Shown one piece after another: positions 11,998-24,211 of a DNA stretch of 64,000 bases. The DNA is from Podarcis erhardii (taxonomy: Eukaryota), in the NCBI GenBank assembly GCA_964252035.1, contig OZ176201.1; one strand, 5' to 3'. The notes under the pieces are model-generated. The model was given only the letters and a program-made list of their open reading frames with translations, did not search any database and was not told the DNA's origin. How positions within the stretch are numbered: position 1 is the stretch's first letter; the number at the start of each line of letters is the position of its first letter. A program made the position numbers and the translations under genes.

Positions 11998-12776
11998 TAC
12001 TTTAAAGGTATTTGTTTAAAATTAAAAAGACATCAACGAAAGCTTTAGGGGATTAACTCCAAGTCTCCACCAATTGAAGTTATGGTAATCTGTCCTATTG
12101 GTGGTGAAACACAATCCATGTCCTTCTGACATCCAATTGTGTCTATCCACAGGGAGAACAGATTTCTGCTTGCACAACAGTACTTCCTTCCTCTCCTTCC
12201 CCATGTAGACACCCCCAATGCCCCATAAATCTGGTCTGGAGGTTCGGGGGATGCTCAAGAGTAATTTTGGGGGCACATGTGGAGGAAAGTCCAGCACTTC
12301 CAAACACACAATGTTGGATATCACTCATTATTTTGAAGCATTTGATAATATTAACTTCTCAGAAAAATTCACTGTAATTATTATTATTTAATCCACATTC
12401 CATGCTTAAAAGATAATGCAAATTACATCAGCTTGTGCAAGTAGGGTAGCAGGTGTTTCCTGAAGGTTTGGGGTTTGCACAATTTGTGGTTTTCTTTTAA
12501 GTGCCTTGGAAAACAAGAACCATTCTGGGTCACTAAAAAGGCAGAGGGTGAGGCTGGAAACCCTGCGAAGACTCTTCTCAGACTATCAGTAATAAAAAAC
12601 CCCCTAAAAGTATTAAGGTTTTGCATGCTTTTCAAAACTTTTCTTCACTTTCGCAGGGGTGTTGTCGTTTTTAATGAAAACCAAGCCATTCCTAGGATTC
12701 TGCTAGAGCCTTCACATTCTGTGACTCATGGTGAGATCACAGTCATGCAGCTTTTTCGACTCCTCCATATGTTTAC

Positions 12777-12899
12777 CTTACAAGTGCCAAAACGGTTTCT
12801 GAAGACTCCGATGGTGATGGTGCCATGACAACAAGCGGTTCCCCTAACAACACGAGCTCCCATAGCATCTGGATGTGAAAGAACACTGGCAAGAAACAT
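12777..12899 (-). CDS. DENND6A: DENND6A exon 10 (123 nt, [41 protein letters not shown])
   Basis: tcag| acceptor and AG|gtaaac donor. Highly conserved [18 protein letters not shown]. Confidence 0.96.
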
Positions 12900-13709
12900 C
12901 TGAAACAGATTTACAAGAATAGTCTTTTTTTCTTTTCATTTTCTCTCTAGTTATAGCAGAGAGAGTGGAAGCAAAGAAAAGCAAAAAGGAGAGAGGCGGG
13001 GAGAAACATGCAACTGAAAATGTGACCTTGGCTCACAACCATCTTGAGAGTCTTAGATATGCCTGGCCGTTGAGGCTTATTGAAGGGTGTAAAAAGGGAG
13101 GGACAGGAAGGTCCCAAATATAAAGTGTGGGTAGATCTACAGCCAGAGGCCATACAACTACAACTGTCCAGCTTTGGCCAGGTTATGTGGTGGCCAAAGA
13201 CATAATTATTTCACTGTGTTGCACCTGCTATAAAGAGAGCATAAAGGTGCTAAGATATTTGGGCAGGGCTGCAGGAATGTGGCCCAGTGACAAGAAGAAT
13301 AGGAGTACTTTCTCCCTTTACACTCTTGCAAACTGTATCCCTGAGAAATGGCAGAGTTTATATTAAAGGAGTAATGAAAATCTGTATTCTCAATGCACTC
13401 AACAGAGAGGCTGAGAACAACGAACATGTCTCCTCAGAAATATGCCCCACCAGATTAAATGGGACTTACTCCCAGGTAAATGTATACATATTTGCAGGCA
13501 TATTAATAATAAGTTAAATTAATTGTCACAACGTTTATAAACAACCCCCTCCTTTTGTATGCTCTAGATTACCAACAACGCCTCGCTTATGCTCAATATC
13601 CATTTGCTAGGCAGTGATTAAAACCCTCAGTGTTTGAAACTCTCTTTGATGGGGTACGACAGCTTCAGGACTTCAGAAAGATTAAGCCAATATGCCTTCC
13701 AGCTTTTAC

Positions 13710-13765
13710 CTGAAGAGATCAACTTCATGGACAGTAGGTAACGCAATGGAGACCTGTGTGTCTGT
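13710..13765 (-). CDS. DENND6A: DENND6A exon 9 (56 nt, TDTQVSIALPTVHEVDLF-R)
   Basis: tttag| acceptor and AG|gtaaaa donor. LPTVHEVD motif present. Confidence 0.93.
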
Positions 13766-14279
13766 CTAAAAGCAAAACAAAAAGCTTTTGGTCAAATTAG
13801 CAGCAGATCATGTGATAAAAGGCCGGGTGTACTGTGCTACTTTTAAAGTGATGATGAACTCTCTTACTAAGTATATCACAAAAGTCTTGACTGGCCCTGC
13901 TCTCTTATGGCTGCTGTCTTAAGCTTCCCTCACCTACCCACCCGCTCCCAGCTAGCAGGGCTTTATGGAGCATCAGGGACCCTGCTACATCCACAGTCTA
14001 CTATTCATGGCAGCTTGGGAGGAAGGCATGGGGCAGGCAGTAAGAACATTGTGTCATCCTGGAGCACTATAGCAGGTAGATTGGCCCAGACCCACTCCAT
14101 TTGGGGGCTTTGGCTGGCTCCCACTGGTACTTCCCACCTAAATGTTCAGTGGCTAGCAGGAGGCTGAGCCAGGAGAGCTGGGCAGAAAGATAACTCCGCT
14201 CATTCCATCCTCCCAATCTGGGAGGATGGGGTTGGACTTCTCTGCCTGTTGCCTACAGTGGCTAACATTCTCAGAGTTA

Positions 14280-14614
14280 CTTTTTTCTCAGTGAATACTT
14301 CAATTGATACCCTGAATGGTGTTTCACAACTGCTGCTCACGGTCAACATTTTCAATGGGCTATCTACTTATAACCCCAAGGTTTCGTTACTGGTCATTCG
14401 CCACCAGTTCCAATCCCATTAACATATATATGTGCAATTAACATTTTTAAAATCCAGTGTACATCACTTTGTACTCGCTTACACTGTATTTTATTTGCCA
14501 TTTTATGGCCTACCCACACAGTTTGGAGAGATCCTTCTAGAGCTCTCCACAATCCCTTTTTGGTTTAACTACCCTGAACAATTTGGTATTGTTAGCAAAC
14601 ATGGTTACCTCAAC
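14280..14614 (-). mobile_element. Old CR1 RT fragment; continues after the Tc2-like MITE at ~15555
   Basis: Antisense CR1-like text (tccagtgtacatcactttg..., aatttggtattgttagcaaac). It resumes as tactcacccctcattc after the MITE. Confidence 0.55.
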
Positions 14615-14616
14615 TA

Positions 14617-15552
14617 CCGTATTTTTCGCTCCATAAGACACACTTTTTCTTCCTAAAAAGTAAGGGGAAATCTCTGTGCGTCTTATAGAGCGAATGCGTA
14701 GTCCCTGGAGCCAAATTGCCCAGGGGTGAAAAGCAGATCATGCTTTTTTTTTTTTTTTTTTTGAAAGAGGGAAGTGGGTGTTGAAACAAAGCTGCTGATC
14801 GCAAGCGATCGGAAGCGAGATAAAGGACACTAGCAATAAAGGAGGCTGCCTGGGAGCGGGGAGGTAAAGACAGCAAACTTGCAAGGAGAGGAGACGAAGA
14901 CTAAATCCATGAGGAGAGAAATTAGAAGAAAAGAAGGAACAAAAAACTGCTCTAGCTAAGGAAAAGACACCAAGGCAAACAAGAGGGAAGAGAGTGTAGA
15001 AAGGAAGCAGCTGATCGGTGGGATCGGGAGAGAGATAAGGGACAGAATACAGGAGGCTGCCTGGGAAGGGGGGAGGTAAAAGCCCATGGATCCTCAGGAT
15101 TTTTACATTGGGTCACCCCAAATTCACCATCAGATCACATGGCATGTCCATGGCTACAGCCTGCACGAAAAAAATCACGCACCCACTGTTGCATGGGGCC
15201 GCAATGGTGCAAAAACATTGTTACAAAGCACGGATCCACATGGATCCTCAGGATTTTTGTATTGTGTCACCTCAAATTCACCATCAGATCACACAGCATG
15301 TCCATGGCTACAGCCTGCACCAAAGAAATCACGCACCCACTGTTGCGTGGGGCCGCAATGGTGCAAAAACGGAGCCACGTGGATCCTCAGGCTTTTTTGC
15401 ATTGGGCTACCCCAAACTAACTGTCAAATCACATGTCTGTGGCCATAGCATGAACCACAAAAATCATACACCCACTGTTTTGTTCAGAATATTTTTTTTC
15501 CCTTGTTTTCTCCTCTAAAAACTAGGTGCGTCTTATGGAGAGAAAAATACGG
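14617..15552. mobile_element. Non-autonomous Tc1/mariner element, Tc2-like CCGTA TIR (936 bp)
   Basis: TA TSD. TIRs ccgtatttttcgctccataagac / gtcttatggagagaaaaatacgg. Confidence 0.88.
15088..15480. repeat. Internal tandem repeat, ~140-153 bp unit, ~2.6 copies
   Basis: Units start ggatcctcagg at 15088, 15241 and ~15381. This explains the repetitive ORFs 15086..15518. Confidence 0.85.
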
Positions 15553-16168
15553 TACTCACCCCTCATTCTAAATCATTACAGCTACGGTAGAAAAGCACAC
15601 CTTACTTTTCTAAAGTAGGCTACTTCCTGCACACATCTCTCTTATCTCCCATCCAGGCATGCCAAAGGCCTTCTCAGAGTTCAATGAAACTTTTGAGCAA
15701 GGGGGAAAAAACCAACAGGGCCAGGGAGGAGTATGGGAAGAGTCATAAGAGCCAGATAGGGAGGCTTAGAGGGCCTCAATTAGCCACTGGCTACAGACCA
15801 AGCCTACAGACCAAGCCTGTGCTGGAGGGATGATATGTTAATATATGAATTTTATTATTTAAAGGGGCTTCAAATAACTTCTTAAGGTATTAAGGATTAA
15901 ATTAAGACACAGGGCTTGGAGGCAAGCCGTACTATGCTTCAGCTTTAACAGACAGAAAAGCTTATGGAATCTAATCTATGTCTGCAAAAAATGTTTGTGC
16001 AGATTTCCACTTTCCAATTCCTATGCTACAGTTTTGTACTTGCAACTCTACAGCTAGTCCTCATTTACAAAACACACATTCCTTTATACTTAAGGTCTGG
16101 AAATGACATTTGAAAGTCAGCCCCTTGTTTTGATGGAGTATTTAAGTGGCAGGTAAACCATTCACTAC

Positions 16169-16231
16169 CTGCTGTGTGGACTGTAATACTTGGGTTGTTC
16201 CAGGATTGTCGTGGCAGGTAGGAATCCGCAC
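16169..16231 (-). CDS. DENND6A: DENND6A exon 8 (63 nt, [21 protein letters not shown])
   Basis: taag| acceptor and CAG|gtagtg donor, phase 0/0. Confidence 0.93.
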
Positions 16232-16661
16232 CTTAGGAAACAGTATTATATGCTTCATTTATTATTAAGAATAATACAAACAACCTAATATGCTAAATTG
16301 ACAAGTTAATAGAGGCACCAGCCACTTCTGAAAGCAATACTTAGCTAGAATTATATTGGTACAAATATTTATTATTAATGTTATTTATTAAATTTTGAGA
16401 TGACCCTTCATCTGAGGATCACAGGGTGGTTTACAATATAAAAACACAAAAATGTGCAGCATTGTAACAAACAAACTAAAATATTCTTCCCTAAAAACCA
16501 TTGTGGTGGTGGTGTTTTTAAATGGTTGAAATGACCAAGAGCTATACCTTTGTCAATCTCAACATCCCAACCTATAGGTACTAGCCCTGTGAACATCTGA
16601 AGTCTTTAAAGAAATAATGCAAAGAACAAACAGGGAGACATACTGAAGCCACTATTAATTA

Positions 16662-16830
16662 CCGTATTTTTTGCACCATAACACTCACTTTTTTCCTCCT
16701 AAAAAGTAAGGGGAAATGTCTGTGCGTGTTATGGAGGGAATGCCTACGGGTGGCATGCCTACGGATTTTCCTCCTCTAAAAACTACGTGCGTGTTATGGT
16801 CAGGTGCGTGTTATAGAGCGAAAAATACGG
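16662..16830. mobile_element. 169-bp internally deleted member of the same Tc2-like family
   Basis: Same TIR and subterminal sequence as 14617-15552. TA TSD. Confidence 0.88.
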
Positions 16831-17274
16831 TACTTAAGAGCAATAACAGAGAAGTTAATTTACTTATCTGTTTTTTTAAATTAAGTAAATACTAACACAA
16901 TGTCCATTTCATGAGTGCAGCTATGGGCCTGGTCTAAATAAATACTCTTCAGTAATATGGATTTCAATAGGTCAGTGTAAATTACATGTTTAAATTACTC
17001 CCACTGAAATAATCCAGCTTCAGGAGAATAAAGAAACACATGCTGACAAGTCTAAATATGATGGAGGAAATTCAAGTTCTAGAATACCAGAATTTTCATA
17101 CATATCCCTTCTAAACAAATACACCCTCTGCTCCTATCCATTATGTGAACCTCACAAGCATAAAATCAACGCAAACATACAGGGACTACGGTTTTGAAAA
17201 ATGTTCATTGCATTGTTACAAAGCCACAGCATGAATTCATACAGCAAACAAGAAGGGAAGAGGCTCAGCATTAC

Positions 17275-17354
17275 CTTCATTACAATGCCCATAATAGGCA
17301 AATGTAAGGTTTTTCCTGGGACTGGTGGTGGCCATCGATCAATATCACTACATG
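17275..17354 (-). CDS. DENND6A: DENND6A exon 7 (80 nt, [27 protein letters not shown])
   Basis: tcag| acceptor and AAG|gtaatg donor. The peptide is visible in the ORF track 17152..17388. Confidence 0.95.
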
Positions 17355-17683
17355 CTGAAAAATAATAATAAAGCAATAGGATTTGCATGTAAAAACAACA
17401 ACAAACCCTCCCTTAACAAATATCTCTTAAGATTTGTGGTTTATGAGACCTACCAACAACCCACCCTGACCAAGGCTACAGCTTCTGTTATGCCATATGG
17501 CTTCTCAGCGGGCAAACTGGCATCCCACACATGAATAAACACCTTCCAACCTACTGATCTTCTCGGCTGCATCCCCCCCCCCCACATCTGAATGTCATAT
17601 ATTCATAGTGCACTGCAACTTTAAAAGGTCCCCAGAACGGCACAAATGTGCAGTTAACTGTAATTTGCAACAATATTACCAAC

Positions 17684-17789
17684 CTGCTTCCAAGAAAGGT
17701 TCGTTTTTTTCAAAATATTCAGGTGCAATTTTTCCAAGCACAGTGTGAAAAATGTGGCTATAAGGCAACTTGCTGATCAGAACCAAGGA
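17684..17789 (-). CDS. DENND6A: DENND6A exon 6 (106 nt, [35 protein letters not shown])
   Basis: ctag| acceptor and G|gttggt donor. The frame continues from exon 5. Confidence 0.94.
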
Positions 17790-18085
17790 CTAGTACAAGA
17801 GAAAGAAAATAATCTGAAATTAATCTTTCCTCATGCCAGTACTGGTATTTAGAGTTATAAATTAAGCATCAGTTCCTCACTAAATACTTATAATGCCTAT
17901 AATTAGCTGTTATTTTTTATTCTGCTACAAGCAGTAACATTGTTCCTAACCAACATGATGCACCTATTATGTGACAATGTCTTAAATGCGGAGAAAGTCC
18001 ATGGGGCAAACTGGGAAGACTGTGATTTTGAGCAAAGCATCAGCAGGGATGGGTGCTAATCTCTCCCTGTTTACCAATCCCCCAT

Positions 18086-18528
18086 CAGGGGCGAACAAAG
18101 GCTAACCGACACCCGGGGTGGGGCAAACCGCTGGCTGCGCACGCGTTGTGCCACTATGTACGACGCATGCGTGGCGTGGCTACGTACGATGTATGTAGCA
18201 GTTTGCTGCCAGCGCCGTCCAAGCGCCGTATGGATGGTAGCAGGATCCTATGCTTGCAGCTGCAGCAGTGGCAGAGGGATCCCACCACTGTCCATACGGT
18301 GCTCGGGGCGGCGGTGGCGGCAAACCACTACGTACAACGCATGTGCGGCGTCGCTACATACAGCACATGCATGCAACACCGTACATGTGTTGTATGTAGC
18401 GGTTTGCAGCTGGTGCCACTCGAAAACCACACAGAAAGTGGCAGGATCCTCTGCCCGCGGGGTGTCTTCTTGTCACCCCCCTAGACATGGCACCCAGGGC
18501 GCATGCCCCCCCCCTTGCAATGCCACTG
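18086..18528. mobile_element. Non-autonomous hAT element (443 bp), TIRs related to 2649-3125
   Basis: Diverged TIRs caggggcgaacaaagg / cccttgcaatgccactg. Perfect 8-bp TSD tcccccat on both sides. Confidence 0.8.
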
Positions 18529-18929
18529 TCCCCCATGTCAAGTTGCAATATCCCCCTGCCCCGTGTTTCCCCCTGGGGATTCAAGGTTTTTCTACTAACA
18601 TGCATTTGGAAACTTGTGCATAACTAGATCTAAAAAAGGGAGAGATTAAATATGTTGTTCACTGCATTGGGGGCGGGCGGGCCAAAAAGCAAATATGGAA
18701 ATAAACCAGATTGTCAACAGTAAATCCAGCGAATCAACTACACAATTTGTAATCCAATGATTCCTTTACTTACTTATCTCCAAGACTGTACATTGGATAT
18801 ATTACTTTGCATTTATGCATGCTGGTTTTAGTCTGAAAATTAACAGCCAAGACTAAGGGCATTCACCTCTCATTCTTAAACACATTATATGATTTCAACA
18901 GAACTTATTTCTTTCCAAAACTAGATTAC

Positions 18930-19010
18930 CTTCTGGAAGTAGCCTCTTTTTAAGGTTTTGTCTTGTACTTGTCTGAAATATACATAACCATAAAAATATG
19001 CAGGATCCTT
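18930..19010 (-). CDS. DENND6A: DENND6A exon 5 (81 nt, [27 protein letters not shown])
   Basis: acag| acceptor and |gtaatc donor. Conserved YGYVYFRQ...RGYFQK DENN motif. Confidence 0.95.
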
Positions 19011-20121
19011 CTGTAAAGAAACCAAAACCTTTACTGTTTTTAAAAAACAAATACATTCCATAATACTTTATACTTTCTGAGCAATATTTCAACTTTAGGG
19101 ATGAGTCAATTATGTACAAAAATAAAATGAGAATAAGCCTCCTTCTCATAAGAGAATCAGTTTTCATATTTCATTTTACTTAATGCTATATATGGCACTG
19201 TAAAAATACTTAAGTCTTCAACTCATCTGAATATGAAAGGTAAGAAAATCCATTGTTATAACTTAGAAGCAAATGTTTTCCGAGATTGTTGAAAACATCT
19301 TTGCATAGTTTAGCTATATTTTTATAACTAGGAATCTGAACACAGAAAGGAGGCAAATAAAAGCAAGCCTGCTATGAAATAAAAAATGCCTCCATCTAAC
19401 TTGGGCTGTGATTCTAACTATATTTAAAATAAAATAAACTTTCAAATAAATATACTAATCATTCAAACTACTGAGATTTAAATTCTCTTAAAGGCTTGAA
19501 TAGGTTACCAATAGTAAACAGTAATGGTTTACAACTTGGTGTTCCTGGAACCCTCTGCATTTTGCAACCGTAGGGGTGTGCTGAATGTATTCTAGGGCAT
19601 GTATAGGAAACCTGTGGCCCTTCAGCCCCAGCCAGCATAACCAATACTCAGAGATAACGGGAGTTGGAGTCCAGCAATGTCTGGAGGATCACAGGTTCCC
19701 CATTGCTGCTTTATGGTCAACTGATACACAACTGAATGTTCACCATAGATACTCCCCTGCAATAATCAGGAATTATTTGGCAGACAAACTGACAAAGTAA
19801 GGGTTTCCCCAAAACAGAACATTTGAAAACACTGTACATAGGAACACTGAAAACAAATTTCCAAAGGATGGAAGTATTTGCGGAAGATTAAATATGCTAT
19901 AATAGTTAATATTTCCATGCCACCAGAAATAATATGTTGATCATTAGAAGTTACATGACTCAGTACACCAGCTATTTGCTGAGCGGTGCCTCTTGAAGAA
20001 CAAGTTTCAGAATGGACCTCACAATTTCATTATGAAGTATCAACGCAATACTTGCTTGCCAGTTACAGAAAAGCACTACAGTATAATGTCTGGCCAAGTG
20101 AAGATAAGCTACTTTCCCAAC

Positions 20122-20234
20122 CTTCAAGTAAATGGGTAGGTCTCTGTCAAACTGGTCCAGTAGACAATGCCATGAAAGCTTTCTGCTAGAAGACTGTCGA
20201 AATCTAAAACAAAATTGTGTGTCTCCAAGGCAAC
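20122..20234 (-). CDS. DENND6A: DENND6A exon 4 (113 nt, [38 protein letters not shown])
   Basis: ttag| acceptor and AAG|gttggg donor. Phases 1/0 fit exons 3 and 5. Confidence 0.95.
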
Positions 20235-20804
20235 CTAAGCCAAAAGGAAATGGGGGGGGGGACACACACAAAGTAAATACAATCAATAAATACATTTACT
20301 GAAATGTCCCGTCATTTTGTGTCTAACAGCAGCTAGAGTGCATCAGTAGGAGAAAGACAAAGGTCTGGTGTAGCTGAAAGACAGAGAGAGCACCCATACT
20401 GGGACAGCTGAAGCAGGATGCTGTGCTTCTCCATTAGACTAATATAGCAGCATACTATGGTTTTTGCAAATTCTAACTTTCCTCTCTTGGCAGAAAGAGA
20501 GAGTGCACACACAATACACATGCTTAGTATACACCAAGAGTGGGTCCATTCCTGCCTGTCTACACTAATATGCATTAGAGGTTGAACAGTACTGGAGTTC
20601 CTACCATTGCTGTCCAAACCACAGGAAAACGGGGTAATGGTTTGAATAGTTGAAAACGAGTCATGATAAAGCTCCTGTCTTAGTTCTGCTAAGTTTCCAC
20701 AGGCAGTATTAATGTGGTGTGGCTTCCTGTCCCATTGCCCGGCTTACATTCTGTGCTTAAAGGGAGATCGTCGAGAGCTGCCACGGTATTATTACCTGTT
20801 AAAG

Positions 20805-21250
20805 CAGGGGTGGGCAAACTAAGGTCCGCAGACCGGATCAGGCCCAATTGCCCTCTGGATCCGGCCTGCAGACGGTTCTGGAGTTGCCACTTGGATCGGC
20901 GTGATTGCCATTTTTTTCACGATTTCCCCCCTCCTTCCCTCACGCACACAGCACCGGCACCTCCTCCCTCACTCTTGCTGGCTTCTCCCTGCCCTGCAGA
21001 GGAAGGGGGCTGGACTTTAATAGGAAGCCTCAACACCCACCTGGGGAAAGCTGGCACAGAAAGGAGAGGCGCTGGCGCTGGCTCCCAATGGCAGGCAGAG
21101 CGGCGGAGAAGGTAGGCAGGGGGAGGGGAGGGCTGGGGGAGAGAGGGGGAGAGAGAGAAGCCCCCTCCACCCTGCGCACTCAGCCCGCCCCACCAAAAGG
21201 ACTGGGGGACAATGAACCGGCCCCCTCGCAAAAAAGTTTGCTGACCCCTG
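20805..21250. mobile_element. Non-autonomous hAT (Charlie-like) element (446 bp)
   Basis: TIRs caggggtgggcaaact / agtttgctgacccctg. Perfect TSD tgttaaag. Confidence 0.88.
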
Positions 21251-23013
21251 TGTTAAAGCAACTAAACTTGCACTCTCTGCAGCAACTAGGAAGCACTATA
21301 TTTAAATCCATGCAATTTAACACTGTGGATCCAGTGGCACGGGAAAATTTTACCTGAACAAGGTTTAGGAAATACCAACAAATTTGTATCTCATATGCCA
21401 GAGCTGGAGCTATACCAGATATGCCATAATGGAGTAATTACAAATAAAACAGAAGTAGATAAACTGTTTAAACGTCTACAAAAAAACATGATTGTTTCTC
21501 CCATCTCTTATTGCCAGTGGCTCAGAATAATGACCATTCTGTTTTCCATGCTCTACACTTCAGAAGCAGAACAAAGAGTATTAAGTACTTGCTGGTTTAT
21601 ATAGTGATAATGCTAAGCTAAACAAGATATTGATTAAGAACTGCAAGGATATATATACACTATCTTAGTACAAGAGCTGGACTTTGAACCATTTATCCAA
21701 TGGGCTGGGCAATCTTTGGGGCATGTGTATAGGCATTTTTAAAAAAATACATTTGATTTTATTTTTTTTAATATTCAGAAAAAAGCTACGGGACAACAAA
21801 AATGTACACATAAGGGTAAAAGCTCATCATTTAAGGTTACAATTATTTACACTACAAATTGATTCCCAAAATTCCATATTCATACTCAAATTTCCATCTC
21901 TAAGGTTCTCCAGTTAATATTTAACTGTAACATTAGCTCAATATTAAGAAATTATAGCAGCAGCAAACCAGGCTCTTCCTTCAGTAAAATGCTGATCCAA
22001 AACAGGTTATTGTTTTGCTAAAGAGCAATCATAGAGACCTTGATTCTTGGGGTGGGAAATCAACTTTAAAGGGAAACACAAGTTGTAACTAACTGATTTT
22101 TGTTGCAATACTGGTATAAAAAGCTGTAGCTAATAATGTGTCTTGAAAGAACTATTCAACAATAAATTGAATAGGAGAGTTACATGTAATTTGATCAAGA
22201 TTCCCCAGAACATTGTTAATGCAGTATCATACAAATTGGCTACTTACTACATCACAGGGAACTGATTATCCAATTCTAAGGCAAAAAGCAACTTCAGTGC
22301 TTAGAGACTATAAAGAGGAAAACTTTCCATGTGATGGAGTGCAGGATTACACAAGGTGAAATAAAATACAAAATTATAAAAGTTAATTATTGGTTTGGCC
22401 AGGGCCAAAATCATGGAAGGACCTATGCAGGCCAGTGTCTCTCAACCCTTTCCTTTATAAAAAGAAAAGAAAACCAGCTTAGAAAAAAACAACGACAAAA
22501 TAGGCCTCTAGCCCATTTGCTTAGAAAGAAATAATAGCACAAATGTAGCTAGTAGTATACCAAATTGCTCTCTAAAATAGAAAGCACACATTCGTTGGAA
22601 TGGTTGTCCATTAGGCAGCACAGCATGGGGAGGCAGGCTGATGCACAGGCCGGACTATGTTTCCACCAGATTCACGGCCCATTTCTGCTCATACCTAGGA
22701 ATTCCAGATCCATACTCTTTTGTCATCAACGTGCTCTGCCATGTCCTACCACCACACCCAGGGAACCTCCAGACATACGTATATTATGTAACCAAAAACA
22801 TAAAAAGAAATGTGAGAACTGAATCAACAGTGCTGATTCTGAACAACAATGAGATTATGACTAAGGTTGGTGATACCTGTTTTCATAAAGAAAAAGCAAG
22901 TATAATATAGGTGCTGAACATTTTAAAACAAATAAATAAAACAGCCAAACTTAACCACCTCATAATTTAAAAGAATTTATTTCTTTTTGATGTTCCAACA
23001 TGAAAAGCATGTA

Positions 23014-23226
23014 CAGTAGTCCCCAACTTACGCAGGGCTTATGTTCTGGAGATCGCACCTAAAGCCAAAATCATGTATAGTCAAAACACACTGAGTGCAA
23101 TGGCAGGTGGGATTGTCAAAGTCATTATTCCCAGAATCTTGCCCCCTTTCCAGTTTTTCTCATTTTTAAAATTGCCATAAAGCTAAACGTGCACAAGTGA
23201 AATGTGCGTAAATTGCTGGCTTTCTG
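23014..23226. mobile_element. Older Tc1/mariner-type MITE
   Basis: TA-flanked diverged TIRs cagtagtccccaacttacgca / tgcgtaaattgctggctttctg. Confidence 0.6.
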
Positions 23227-23560
23227 TAATGTACTTGTAGATAAGCACCTAGTTATGCAATCGGAGTCTGGAATTGCCCAAAACCAACCACACTGAAAAT
23301 ATCACAGACTATTGCAAAGTGATAAAGGGAAAAAATGCTGTTCACTACTGAGTGCTATTTTTTCAAATCCTATCCATGGGGCGTCCAGTTTGAAATGTTT
23401 TATTTTGCTTGAATTTACTTTGTTACTTTTTTTTTAACAAAAAGAAAGATCAGAGCTGAACATGTATTTGATACCTATACATGAGACTGCGTTAATTAAT
23501 TCATATCTCAAAAGCACTTTAACGCTTGCAAATCCTTCTACATACTGGACGTAATCCAGT

Positions 23561-23650
23561 CAAAGTTAAGCACTTTGAAGTCCCATTGATTCCATTCAGA
23601 CATTTAAGCAAGTGTTTAAAATCAATGGGACTTCAAAGTGCTTAATTTTG
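23561..23650. repeat. Near-perfect inverted repeat (31-bp arms, 28-nt loop), probably a MITE relic
   Basis: caaagttaagcactttgaagtcccattgatt versus aatcaatgggacttcaaagtgcttaattttg: one mismatch. Confidence 0.9.
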
Positions 23651-24052
23651 GAGTCCCGTCCCCCCCGCCAACAGCAGTACGGAGTTCTACAGTGCAATCG
23701 TAACCTTCCAACCCACCCCAGGATGTTTATGGCTGCTTTACCCCGTCATTGAGAGAGCTACCGCTGGCTATTCAGCTGCTGGTGGCAGCTAGTGGAAAGT
23801 CCTGAAATGGGGTAGTGCCACAGCAACTTTGAATCCAAAGGACCCAAAGCCCTGCAGATACCCTGAAGGGCCAGATACTCAGACCCCTCAGCTATGCCAG
23901 CCTTGATTTGAATAAGTGTTTAGTTTTTTTCCTATCACATGCACTTAATAAAACTGAACATGAATTAGAATGACAATGGTATTAACAGTACAGTTAACAG
24001 AAGCATTTCATTTTTCATATGCGTACAGCATGAATATCTAATAAATAATTAC

Positions 24053-24095
24053 CTGAATTGGAATCTGGGAAAGACAAATAGCAAATATTGGTTTT
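24053..24095 (-). CDS. DENND6A: DENND6A exon 3 (43 nt, KTNICYLSFPDSNS-G)
   Basis: ctag| acceptor and |gtaatt donor. The invariant ICYLSFPDSNSG motif is present. Only 77 nt separate it from exon 2. Confidence 0.95.
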
Positions 24096-24172
24096 CTAGG
24101 GGAGAAAAATAGAAGTTACATTTTGGCAGGAGAAAAGCGCCATCGTAAATGTATTTTAAAACTTCTACTCAC

Positions 24173-24211
24173 CTCTTTATCTGTAAGTTTTGCATGTTGA
24201 GGATGTATTAC
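24173..24211 (-). CDS. DENND6A: DENND6A exon 2 (39 nt, VIHPQHAKLTDKE)
   Basis: cag| acceptor and |gtgag donor, phase 0/0. Matches recalled human VIYPQHSKLTDRE. Confidence 0.93.

Noticed and set aside
15086-15518. Repetitive ORFs or the ~150-bp repeats as a CRISPR-like array or repeat protein
   Set aside because: The units are contiguous tandem copies with no unique spacers, inside a TA-flanked transposon in a vertebrate intron.
16546-16605. Possible extra DENND6A cassette exon (ttcag|ATGTTC...GACAAAG|gtatag)
   Set aside because: The ttcag-acceptor exons (49 and 25 nt) and the 32-nt upstream-acceptor option are not multiples of 3 between phase-0 neighbours, and one frame has a stop. Exons 7 and 8 already join in frame.
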